Positions 10,006-17,825 of a stretch of DNA of 64,000 nt are shown in pieces (within the stretch, counting starts at the first letter, position 1; each line of letters opens with the position of its first letter). The position numbers and the translations under genes were made by a program. Under the pieces are notes generated by a model. It did not search any database and was not told the DNA's origin. It worked only from the letters and a program-made list of their open reading frames with translations. The DNA is from an uncultured Alphaproteobacteria bacterium (GTDB lineage: Bacteria; Pseudomonadota; Alphaproteobacteria; RF32; CAG-239), in NCBI GenBank assembly GCA_944393725.1, contig CALYBC010000009.1:58595-122594 (forward strand), read 5' to 3'.

Positions 10006-10794
10006 ATGAGATCTTTACAAATAGGCGCTACCGGAATGTTGGCCCAACAAACCAATGTTGATACCATTGCCAACAATATTGCCAATATGAATACTACGGC
10101 TTACACCAAAAGAAGAGCCGAATTCAGTGATTTGCTTTATCAAAATATCGTGCGTCCGGGGTCGGCATCAACCGCGGATAACACTATCGTTCCGGCCGGT
10201 ATTCAAATGGGACTTGGTGTCAGAACCTCGGCTATTTACAGAATTACCGAAGGCGGCTCTTTGACCTCGACCGGAAATGATTTGGATTTGGCTATCAGAG
10301 GCAGAGGATATTTTACCATTGAGCTGCCGGAAGGTAAAGGTACTGCCTATACTCGTGACGGTGCTTTCCAGAGAAACGGTGACGGAACAATAGTTACGCA
10401 TGATGGTTATGTCGTTCAGCCTGAAATTACTATTCCGGAAGATGCTACCGAAGTTTATGTGAACAGCTCAGGGGAAGTCTGGATTAAACAAGACGGTGAA
10501 ACCGATGAAGTTAATGTCGGACAGCTTGAGTTGGCAACTTTTGTTAATGAAGCAGGGTTAGAAGCTCTGGGCGATAACCTGTTCTTGGAAACCGAGGCTT
10601 CGGGTGCTCCGGTGGTTGATAATCCGGATGCCGAAGGTTTCGGTTCAATTCTGCAGGGCTATCTTAATACTTCAAATGTAAATCCCGTAACCGAAATTAC
10701 CGAATTGGTATCGGCTCAGCGAGCTTATGAAATGAATTCTAAAATCATAACTACCGCCGATTCTATGTTGAGCACCATTAATCAAATGAAATAG
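10006..10794 (+). CDS. flgG: Flagellar basal-body rod protein FlgG
   Basis: 262 aa; MRSLQIGATGM...NNIANMNTTAY N-terminus and C-terminal ...EITELVSAQRAYEMNSK. Confidence 0.85.
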   Translation: MRSLQIGATGMLAQQTNVDTIANNIANMNTTAYTKRRAEFSDLLYQNIVRPGSASTADNTIVPAGIQMGLGVRTSAIYRITEGGSLTSTGNDLDLAIRGRGYFTIELPEGKGTAYTRDGAFQRNGDGTIVTHDGYVVQPEITIPEDATEVYVNSSGEVWIKQDGETDEVNVGQLELATFVNEAGLEALGDNLFLETEASGAPVVDNPDAEGFGSILQGYLNTSNVNPVTEITELVSAQRAYEMNSKIITTADSMLSTINQMK

Positions 10795-10805
10795 GGTGAG
10801 TGATT

Positions 10806-11510
10806 ATGCGTTGGGTAATAGTTTTAACTTTTGTTTTAACAATGTCTTTCTCCTCTTGGGCTGAGGCGTCCCTCAAACTCGGTTCGGATGAGGTTACGGA
10901 AGCTTTGCAAAACGAATTCGTTGAACAGGGTGTCGACGGCGAGGTCGAGATTGAAATATTCGGCGGAAAATCATCCTTTGACTTACCTAATGCGAAGGTT
11001 GCTAAAATTTTGTTTTCAAATTTCTCTGTAGACGAGGAACAAAATCGCTTTACTACCGATGCGGAAATTTTTGCCGATGGCAAGCCGGTCGAAAAGACAG
11101 AGTTGGTAGGACGTTATTTCGTTATGGCAGAAGTTTGGTTACCGGTAAGAGATATTATGCGAGATGAAATTATTAAAGCCGATGATTTGGAAATAAAAAA
11201 AATGCGAAGCAATCGTTTGAGAGAAGATGATGTGATATCTCAAAACCAGCTTGTAGGAAAACAGGCAGTAAGAACCATAAAAGCCGGAAAGCCCGTCAGT
11301 AAACGCGATATCAGAGAAGAAATCGTTATAAGAAAAGGACAAAATGTATTGGCAGTTTATAATCATAAAGGTTTGCAGATTACGGCTAAGCTGGAAGCTT
11401 TGGAAGACGGTGCCAAGGGAAACAAGATAAAATTGTTAAATACCAAGAGTCAGAAAGAAATATTCGGCGAAGTGGTAGATAAAAATACGGTTAATATTAT
11501 GTCCGAATAG
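10806..11510 (+). CDS. flgA: Flagellar basal-body P-ring formation protein FlgA
   Basis: Signal peptide, C-terminal SAF-like region (LVGKQAVRTIKAGKPV), and position inside the flgFG-A-H cluster. Confidence 0.65.
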   Translation: MRWVIVLTFVLTMSFSSWAEASLKLGSDEVTEALQNEFVEQGVDGEVEIEIFGGKSSFDLPNAKVAKILFSNFSVDEEQNRFTTDAEIFADGKPVEKTELVGRYFVMAEVWLPVRDIMRDEIIKADDLEIKKMRSNRLREDDVISQNQLVGKQAVRTIKAGKPVSKRDIREEIVIRKGQNVLAVYNHKGLQITAKLEALEDGAKGNKIKLLNTKSQKEIFGEVVDKNTVNIMSE

Positions 11511-11530
11511 TCTTTTTAGGAGTGGTAGAT

Positions 11531-12283
11531 ATGAATAATAAAATCGTAAAAAATATTGCAGTATTGATGATGGCAACATCATTATCGGGTTGCGGAATGT
11601 GGTCAAGATTAACTCAGGTCGGACAGGAACCGCCGCTTACCCCAATTACCAATCCGGTAGAGGCAAAAGGTTATGAACCGGTTTCCATGCCCATGCCGGA
11701 AAAACAGGAAGTAAAACAAGCGGCAAATTCTTTGTGGCATCAGGGCGCTGACGGATTTTTCAAGGATCAGAGAGCTTCTAAGGTCGGTGATATTATTACC
11801 GTCAAAGTATCAGCTAAAGATAATGCTTTGATGGAAAACGAAATGGAACAAAATCGTGACGATAATACCGATTCACTCGGCGTCGGGGCAGCTTTCGGTT
11901 ATGAACAGTATCTGGGGAATGTGTTTCCCGATGCGGTGGATAAAGATAATCTTGTTGATATAACTTCAAATCGTGAAATTTCAGGTGATGGTAAAATTGA
12001 CAGGCAGGAAACCATAGAACTGACTTTTGCCGCCATCGTGACCCAAGTATTGCCGAACGGAAATTTGGTAATTGAAGGTACACAGGAAATTAGGGTGAGC
12101 TATGAAGTAAGACAACTTTCAATGCGAGGCATCATCAGAAGAGCCGATATTTCTTCCGATAACACCATCGAGTCAAGCAAAATTGCCGAGCTTAGAGTTT
12201 CTTACGGCGGTCAAGGCGTGATTACCGATGTTCAACAGCCAAGGTATGGAAGACAGATTTTGGATATCGTAGCTCCGTTCTAA
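11531..12283 (+). CDS. flgH: Flagellar L-ring lipoprotein FlgH
   Basis: Lipobox LSGCG; conserved FlgH core (ITV.V...A......E..R.....DS, GNLVIEGTQEIRV, RVSYGGQG). Confidence 0.8.
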   Translation: MNNKIVKNIAVLMMATSLSGCGMWSRLTQVGQEPPLTPITNPVEAKGYEPVSMPMPEKQEVKQAANSLWHQGADGFFKDQRASKVGDIITVKVSAKDNALMENEMEQNRDDNTDSLGVGAAFGYEQYLGNVFPDAVDKDNLVDITSNREISGDGKIDRQETIELTFAAIVTQVLPNGNLVIEGTQEIRVSYEVRQLSMRGIIRRADISSDNTIESSKIAELRVSYGGQGVITDVQQPRYGRQILDIVAPF

Positions 12284-12327
12284 AATATGAGAAAAATTTC
12301 CCCTATTATTATGTGATGAAGTTTTTA

Positions 12328-12455
12328 AGAGAAAATCTCCCCAATTTTTTCTTAAAAAAGCGGTGCAGTTCGGAGAAATGTGAGCTCGCACAGCAGAGTT
12401 GATGAGAAAGGTTTGCGGCTTAGAAAACATGTTTTCCCCAAATTTTTCTAAAAAA
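12328..12455. repeat. Two imperfect direct repeats (~38 bp, shared core TCCCCAAaTTTTTCTtAAAAAAGCG) flanking a short dyad (TGTGAGCTCGCACA) in the flgH-flaF intergenic region
   Basis: Copies at about 12328-12366 and 12416-12455, seen directly in sequence. Confidence 0.4.
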
Positions 12456-12533
12456 GCGAACCTTTCTCTTATCAATATTTGTTAGAGGCAGTAGGCATTT
12501 GATTTTAATGATATTTGTTAATGGATTAATAAA

Positions 12534-13196
12534 ATGTTGGATGAAATTAAAGAACAAATCGCGGCTGCGACCAGAGAGGCCGAATTGTTGCAAAATTATT
12601 CGGATTATTTGGAAAATGCTGCCAAATCAAAAAATGATAATTATAAATTGTTGATATTGGATGAAAATATGAAAATGTGGGTCGCAATCGAGGCCTCAAT
12701 GAAAAGTCCTAAAAATTCAATGTCTCAGGAAATTAAGGATAATTTGACCAAGCTGTCGAAATATGTGGAGCAAATTACAATTACCCATGGGGTCAATATG
12801 ACCGAAAATTATTATAAGTCTTTGGCTGAAATTAATCGCCAAATATCGCAAGGGTTAATGGAATCGGTTAGCACAAACTTGGCTCAACAAGAAGCTTATT
12901 TTTTGGCTAAATGTGCGTTGGATATGTCTGAGGCTCATAAGGCAAACAATAAAGAAGAATTTGTTGAAGCTTTGGATAAAAACCAAAGATTGTGGGTGAT
13001 GATTAAGACTTTGATGGTAGGAAACAAAACTAACTTACCGCAAGATATTAAAGATAACTTGATAAAGCTTGCCGACTATGTGTCTAAAAATACCATCAAA
13101 CTAGGACAGGATTTGGATAATGTCGATCAGAAAATGCTTGATAGCTTTATTAATATAAATCGCCAAATATCCGAAGGTCTTATTCGAAACGCATAA
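12534..13196 (+). CDS. flaF: FlaF-like flagellar regulator composed of two tandem FlaF-type repeats
   Basis: 220 aa; two internal repeats (NMKMWVAIEASM...QEIKDNLTKLSKYV...INRQISQGL and NQRLWVMIKTLM...QDIKDNLIKLADYV...INRQISEGL) both matching the FlaF consensus N.RLW....LP..L...L...V...IN..I..GL. Confidence 0.5.
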   Translation: MLDEIKEQIAAATREAELLQNYSDYLENAAKSKNDNYKLLILDENMKMWVAIEASMKSPKNSMSQEIKDNLTKLSKYVEQITITHGVNMTENYYKSLAEINRQISQGLMESVSTNLAQQEAYFLAKCALDMSEAHKANNKEEFVEALDKNQRLWVMIKTLMVGNKTNLPQDIKDNLIKLADYVSKNTIKLGQDLDNVDQKMLDSFININRQISEGLIRNA

Positions 13197-13214
13197 CGGT
13201 ATTTTAATGATAAA

Positions 13215-13247
13215 AACTCCGCATAATAAATACGCGGAGTTTTTTTT
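13215..13247 (+). terminator. Intrinsic terminator after flaF
   Basis: CTCCGC-loop-GCGGAG hairpin followed by an 8-T run. Confidence 0.5.
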
Positions 13248-13332
13248 GTATAAGTCGGCCTTGTTACTTGTAAGTTTGGGGCAGAGGTAATATAACTATG
13301 ATAAATGACTGGAAAAAGGATTACCTTATAAG

Positions 13333-14580
13333 ATGATATTTTCAAAGTTTGAGAGAATGTTGGCCGGTAGGTATTTGAGAGCCAAACGCAAAGAAGGTTT
13401 TATTTCGGTGATAACCGGATTTGCCTTTACAGGTATTGCACTCGGTGTGGCAACCTTGATTATTGTTATGAGTGTAATGAACGGATTTAGGCAGGAGTTG
13501 CTGGGTAGAATATTGGGAATAAACGGTCATATCGGAATTATGGCGCCGAGTTCGTATCCTTTTAATAATTATGAGGCGGCAATAAAAGAAATTGCCGATA
13601 TTGAACATGTTACGCTTGTGATGCCGATGATTGAAAATCAGCTTTTGGTTACGGCGGGAAAAGCAGCCGAAGGAGCTATGGTCAGAGGTATTAAGCCCGA
13701 AGATATTATGAAAAAGCCGGCTTTGGCAAAAGCGGTAGAAAAAGTTGATATGGATTACTTTGAGGGCGATAAGGTAATTATAGGTATTAGACTTGCTCGC
13801 AAAATGGGAGTGACCGAAGGTGATAAAATAACCTTGTTATCACCCAATGGTAAGGTTACGGCATTTGGTACGGTTCCGAGAATGAAGTCTTATCAGGTAG
13901 TGGGGTTGTTTGATTCGGGAATGTATGAATATGATGCCAATTTTATTTTTATGCCTTTGGATACGGCTCAAACTTATTTTGGGTTGCGGGGAGCGGTTAC
14001 CAATATTGATGTGACCATAGATGATGATAAATACCTAACTTTGGTGCGAGAAGCTTTGGCCAAAAGTTTGGGCGGCGGGGCTTATATCTATGATTGGAAA
14101 CAGAGTAATGCCGCATTCTTTAATGCCATTGAGGTAGAAAGAAATGTTATGTTCATTATTTTAACGCTCATTATCTTGGTGGCTGCATTTAATATTATTA
14201 CCGGCTTGATTATGTTGGTTAAAGATAAGGGTAGAGATGTTGCCGTGTTGAGAACCATGGGGGCTACCAAGGGAATGATTATGCGGATATTCTTTATGGA
14301 TGGGGCGTTCATAGGTGTAGTCGGAACTTTGCTCGGTTTAGTACTTGGGTTGTTGTTTTGTGAGAATATTGAAGAAATCAGACAAGGACTGCAGGCGCTT
14401 TTGGGACGCGATTTGTTTTCGGCCGAAATTTATTTCTTGTCTAAATTGCCGGCAAAGGTCGATGTCGCGGAAGTTTCTTCAATCGTGTTGATCTCATTGT
14501 TGTTATCGTTTGTGGCTACCTTGTATCCGTCGTGGCGTGCCGCAAAGTTTGATCCGGTGGAGGCGTTGCGTTATGAATAA
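13333..14580 (+). CDS. lolE: Lipoprotein-releasing system permease (LolC/LolE family)
   Basis: 415 aa; FtsX-type topology with a large periplasmic loop and the MacB/LolC-type N-terminus MIFSKFERMLAGRYLRAKRKEGFISV. Confidence 0.8.
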   Translation: MIFSKFERMLAGRYLRAKRKEGFISVITGFAFTGIALGVATLIIVMSVMNGFRQELLGRILGINGHIGIMAPSSYPFNNYEAAIKEIADIEHVTLVMPMIENQLLVTAGKAAEGAMVRGIKPEDIMKKPALAKAVEKVDMDYFEGDKVIIGIRLARKMGVTEGDKITLLSPNGKVTAFGTVPRMKSYQVVGLFDSGMYEYDANFIFMPLDTAQTYFGLRGAVTNIDVTIDDDKYLTLVREALAKSLGGGAYIYDWKQSNAAFFNAIEVERNVMFIILTLIILVAAFNIITGLIMLVKDKGRDVAVLRTMGATKGMIMRIFFMDGAFIGVVGTLLGLVLGLLFCENIEEIRQGLQALLGRDLFSAEIYFLSKLPAKVDVAEVSSIVLISLLLSFVATLYPSWRAAKFDPVEALRYE

Positions 14581-15295
14581 TCAGGCTCCGGTATTGGAAC
14601 TTAAAAATGTGTATCGCTCATTTAAGCAAGGTTCGCAAAACTTGCAGGTGCTGCGAGAAGTTAATTTGGAACTGGAAAAGGGCGAAATTGTTGCTTTAAC
14701 CGGACCGTCAGGTTCGGGAAAATCTACTTTGTTGCAGATTGCGGGACTTTTGGAAAAGCCAACCAAAGGAGATATATATCTTGACGGACAAAATTGCTCA
14801 AAGCTCGGGGATACCGTACGGACAACTTTACGGCGCGATTATTTGGGTTTTGTGTATCAATATCACAATTTGTTGGCTGATTTTGATGCTTTGGAAAATG
14901 TGATGATTCCGCAACTGATTGCCGGTGTAAAGTATAAGGAAGCCGAAGAAAAAGCCAAGTGGTTATTGAAAAAAATGGGGCTCGAGAGGAGATTCAAGCA
15001 TCGTCCGGCGGAAATGTCTGGTGGTGAGCAGCAGAGAGTGGCAATTGCCAGAGCTTTGGCTAATGCTCCGAGATTGCTACTGGCTGATGAACCGACCGGA
15101 AATTTGGATCCCAAAACTTCAGAGATTGTTTTTGCCGAGCTTTTGGCGGTGGTTAAAGAAACAGGTCTTAGTGCTTTGATTGCTACGCATAATTTGGATT
15201 TGGCCGACAGAATGGACAGAAAAATTAAGCTCGAAGGCGGAAAATTGATTGATATGCGGGCAGAAAAATTTGTGAGTGATAAAAATTTTTATTAG
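14573..15295 (+). CDS. lolD: Lipoprotein-releasing ABC transporter ATP-binding protein LolD
   Basis: Walker A GPSGSGKST, signature LSGGEQQR, Walker B LLLADEP; ATG overlaps the lolE stop. Confidence 0.85.
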   Translation: MNNQAPVLELKNVYRSFKQGSQNLQVLREVNLELEKGEIVALTGPSGSGKSTLLQIAGLLEKPTKGDIYLDGQNCSKLGDTVRTTLRRDYLGFVYQYHNLLADFDALENVMIPQLIAGVKYKEAEEKAKWLLKKMGLERRFKHRPAEMSGGEQQRVAIARALANAPRLLLADEPTGNLDPKTSEIVFAELLAVVKETGLSALIATHNLDLADRMDRKIKLEGGKLIDMRAEKFVSDKNFY

Positions 15296-15305
15296 GAGAG
15301 AAAAA

Positions 15306-15932
15306 ATGAGTGTTTATTGGAAGCAAAGTTTATGGATAGGCGGTATTTACTGGCTTTTATCTTTGTTGTTTATGTGGATTGGAACGGTTGCCGCCAGCAT
15401 GGTTGATGCCTTTTTGTCAGTAGCGATGTTGGTGTTTTTGCTAGTGATGAATTGGATTAAACCGATAAAAAAAGTTGATGCTTTAATAAATAAATTTCCG
15501 GTAATATCAACTTTGTTGGTATCAATAGGTTGGGTGCCATATGTTATCGGTGCGGTCTATATCATCAGTGTTGTGAGCGCTTTTGCTATAATCGGTGCAG
15601 GGCCGGAATATGAATATCAGATGCTTTATTTATTCCAAGCAATAATAATGTTTACAAGTTTGCGTCAGCTTTTGGCCGTGATTACATTCTTGGCGGCTTT
15701 GTGCTTTTTGTTGGCCAAAAGATCTGTAGCCGGAAAGTTGGACAAGAGATTTAAGCTGATAAAATCAGAGGAGAAAAATGTAAGTTCTGGTGTTGAGGCG
15801 GTGCAAAAAGAAACAAAACCGGCTAAAAAGGCTGTTAAAAAGCCCTCGGTTAAGAAAGCAGCCACAAAAAAAGACGGTAAACCTAAAAATAAGGTCGCCC
15901 GAAAAAAGGCAGAGGAAAAAAGTAAAAAATAA
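15306..15932 (+). CDS. Hypothetical membrane protein with Lys/Ala-rich histone-H1-like C-terminal tail
   Basis: About 4 TM helices then KKAVKKPSVKKAATKKDGKPKNKVARKKAEEKSKK; strong RBS GGAGAG. Confidence 0.45.
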   Translation: MSVYWKQSLWIGGIYWLLSLLFMWIGTVAASMVDAFLSVAMLVFLLVMNWIKPIKKVDALINKFPVISTLLVSIGWVPYVIGAVYIISVVSAFAIIGAGPEYEYQMLYLFQAIIMFTSLRQLLAVITFLAALCFLLAKRSVAGKLDKRFKLIKSEEKNVSSGVEAVQKETKPAKKAVKKPSVKKAATKKDGKPKNKVARKKAEEKSKK

Positions 15933-16052
15933 TACAAAAAATGCTTGATTTTGAAAGCGGTTTGTAATATAACCCAGAACGAACCGAGCGGGCGGGCTGT
16001 TGGTATGCCTGTCAGCTCCAAATAAAATCCATGTTTTTTGAAAGGGATTGAA

Positions 16053-16250
16053 ATGCCAAAATTAAAAACTAAAAGTGCCGTTAAAAAACGTTTCGGCGTT
16101 ACCGGTACCGGTAAATTGAAAAGAAATTTTGCTTACAAGAGACACTGCCTCTTCTGCAAAACTCAAAAAATGAAAAGACAGGCACGCGGAACTACTTTGG
16201 TCGCCGCTACCGATGTTCAAATCATTAAACAGTTTTTACCTTATTTGTAG
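16053..16250 (+). CDS. rpmI: 50S ribosomal protein L35
   Basis: MPKLKTKSAVKKRF.VTGTGK...; 65 aa. Confidence 0.85.
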   Translation: MPKLKTKSAVKKRFGVTGTGKLKRNFAYKRHCLFCKTQKMKRQARGTTLVAATDVQIIKQFLPYL

Positions 16251-16263
16251 GAGTTGATAGAAA

Positions 16264-16623
16264 ATGTCTCGCGTAAAAAGAGGTGTTACGGCTCATGCCC
16301 GTCACAAAAAAGTGCTCTCGATGGCTAAAGGTTATCGTGGCCGCAATAATAATGTTTTCCGCGTTGCTGTTGAAAAAGTCGAAAAGGCTTTGCAATATGC
16401 TTACCGCGACAGAAGAACCAAAAAAAGAAATTTCCGCAGCTTGTGGATCCAACGCATTAATGCCGCCGCAAGATTGCACGATATGACCTATTCTCGATTT
16501 ATGAGCGGGCTCACCAAAGCTGGTATTGAGCTTGATCGTAAAGTGTTGGCCGATATCGCTGTTAAAGAGCCCGAAACTTTCACAAAGCTTGTTGATCAAG
16601 TTAAGGCTTCTTTGAGCAAATAA
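16264..16623 (+). CDS. rplT: 50S ribosomal protein L20
   Basis: [18 protein letters not shown]...YRDRR.KKR.FR.LWI.RINAA. Confidence 0.9.
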   Translation: MSRVKRGVTAHARHKKVLSMAKGYRGRNNNVFRVAVEKVEKALQYAYRDRRTKKRNFRSLWIQRINAAARLHDMTYSRFMSGLTKAGIELDRKVLADIAVKEPETFTKLVDQVKASLSK

Positions 16624-16711
16624 TTTTTGGAAAAAGCAAAATGTCAAAAGAGTCATGCTTGTGAGAACAAGTAAGACTCTTTTTATTTTTAAAATTTTAT
16701 GGTGTGGAACA

Positions 16712-17815
16712 ATGGAAAATCTTGATAATCTTAAATCTGCTACTTTGGAAAAAATTGCCGCCGCGGCAGATGTAAAAACTTTGGATGAAATTAAGGTGGC
16801 GGCAATCGGTAAAAAAGGCTTTGTTACCGAACAAATGAAAGCTTTGGCTTTGCTCGATGTTGAGGCTAAAAAAGCTATGGGGCAAAAGCTTAATGCCGTT
16901 AAATGTGAAATAGAAACCGCTTTGGATGTTAAAAAACAGGAATTGGCCGAAAAAGAGCTCAACGAAAAACTCAAGAAAGAAACGATTGATGTTACTTTGC
17001 CAATCAGAGAAGAAAATATCGGCAGAATCCATCCGGTTTCTAAAATCTATGAAGAAGTGGTGGCTATTTTCGGCGAAATGGGTTTTGAGGTTGCCGATGG
17101 TCCGGATATTGAAGATCAGTTCCACAATTTTAATGCCTTGAATACTCCGGCTAATCACCCGGCCAGACAAATGCAAGATACTTTTTATATCATAAACCCA
17201 GAAAGCGATAATTTTGATGACAGCTATGTGGTCAGAACTCAAACTTCGGCCGTGCAAATCAGAACTATGGAGAAAAAACAACCACCGATACGAATTATTG
17301 CTCCGGGAAGGACTTATCGTGCAGATTATGATGCAACTCATACTCCGATGTTCCATCAGGTCGAAGGTTTGGTCGTTGACAAGGTTACTACTTTTGCAAA
17401 CCTTAAAGGTTGTTTGTATGATTTTGTTAAGGCTTTTTTTGAGTTGGATAATATTCCGGTTAGATATCGCCCATCATATTTTCCGTTTACCGAGCCGTCG
17501 GCCGAAATGGATATTGGCTGTAAAAAGTCTAAGACCGAGCTTAAAATCGGTGCCGGTGATGATTGGTTGGAAATTTTGGGCTGCGGAATGGTACACCCCA
17601 ATGTTTTGAAAGCTTGCGGAATTGACCCCGATGAATATCAAGGCTTTGCTTTTGGTATGGGACTGGACCGTTTAGCCATGCTTAAATACGGAATACCTGA
17701 TTTGCGTACCTTCTTCGAGTCTGATGTAAGATGGCTTAAGCACTATGGATTTATGCCTTTGGACGAATCTTCCATGACCGGAGGATTGAGTAATAACGGC
17801 GGATTGGCAAGATAG
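16712..17815 (+). CDS. pheS: Phenylalanine--tRNA ligase alpha subunit
   Basis: Class II motifs (HP....QDTFY, RTQTS, F.PSYFPFTEPS, GCGMVHP). Confidence 0.9.
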   Translation: MENLDNLKSATLEKIAAAADVKTLDEIKVAAIGKKGFVTEQMKALALLDVEAKKAMGQKLNAVKCEIETALDVKKQELAEKELNEKLKKETIDVTLPIREENIGRIHPVSKIYEEVVAIFGEMGFEVADGPDIEDQFHNFNALNTPANHPARQMQDTFYIINPESDNFDDSYVVRTQTSAVQIRTMEKKQPPIRIIAPGRTYRADYDATHTPMFHQVEGLVVDKVTTFANLKGCLYDFVKAFFELDNIPVRYRPSYFPFTEPSAEMDIGCKKSKTELKIGAGDDWLEILGCGMVHPNVLKACGIDPDEYQGFAFGMGLDRLAMLKYGIPDLRTFFESDVRWLKHYGFMPLDESSMTGGLSNNGGLAR

Positions 17816-17825
17816 GAGAGTTGAA

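Noticed and set aside
12173-12475. 100-aa minus-strand ORF spanning the flgH 3' end and the intergenic repeats
   Set aside because: It overlaps flgH in antisense and is built from the A/T-rich repeat sequence, with no RBS. Treated as spurious.
16225-16974. 249-aa minus-strand ORF antisense to rplT/pheS, and similar long antisense ORFs (6304-6861, 44804-45316, 16697-17356, 9283-9939)
   Set aside because: Each lies wholly within a confidently identified conserved gene on the other strand and has low-complexity, unrecognisable translations. They are typical shadow ORFs.
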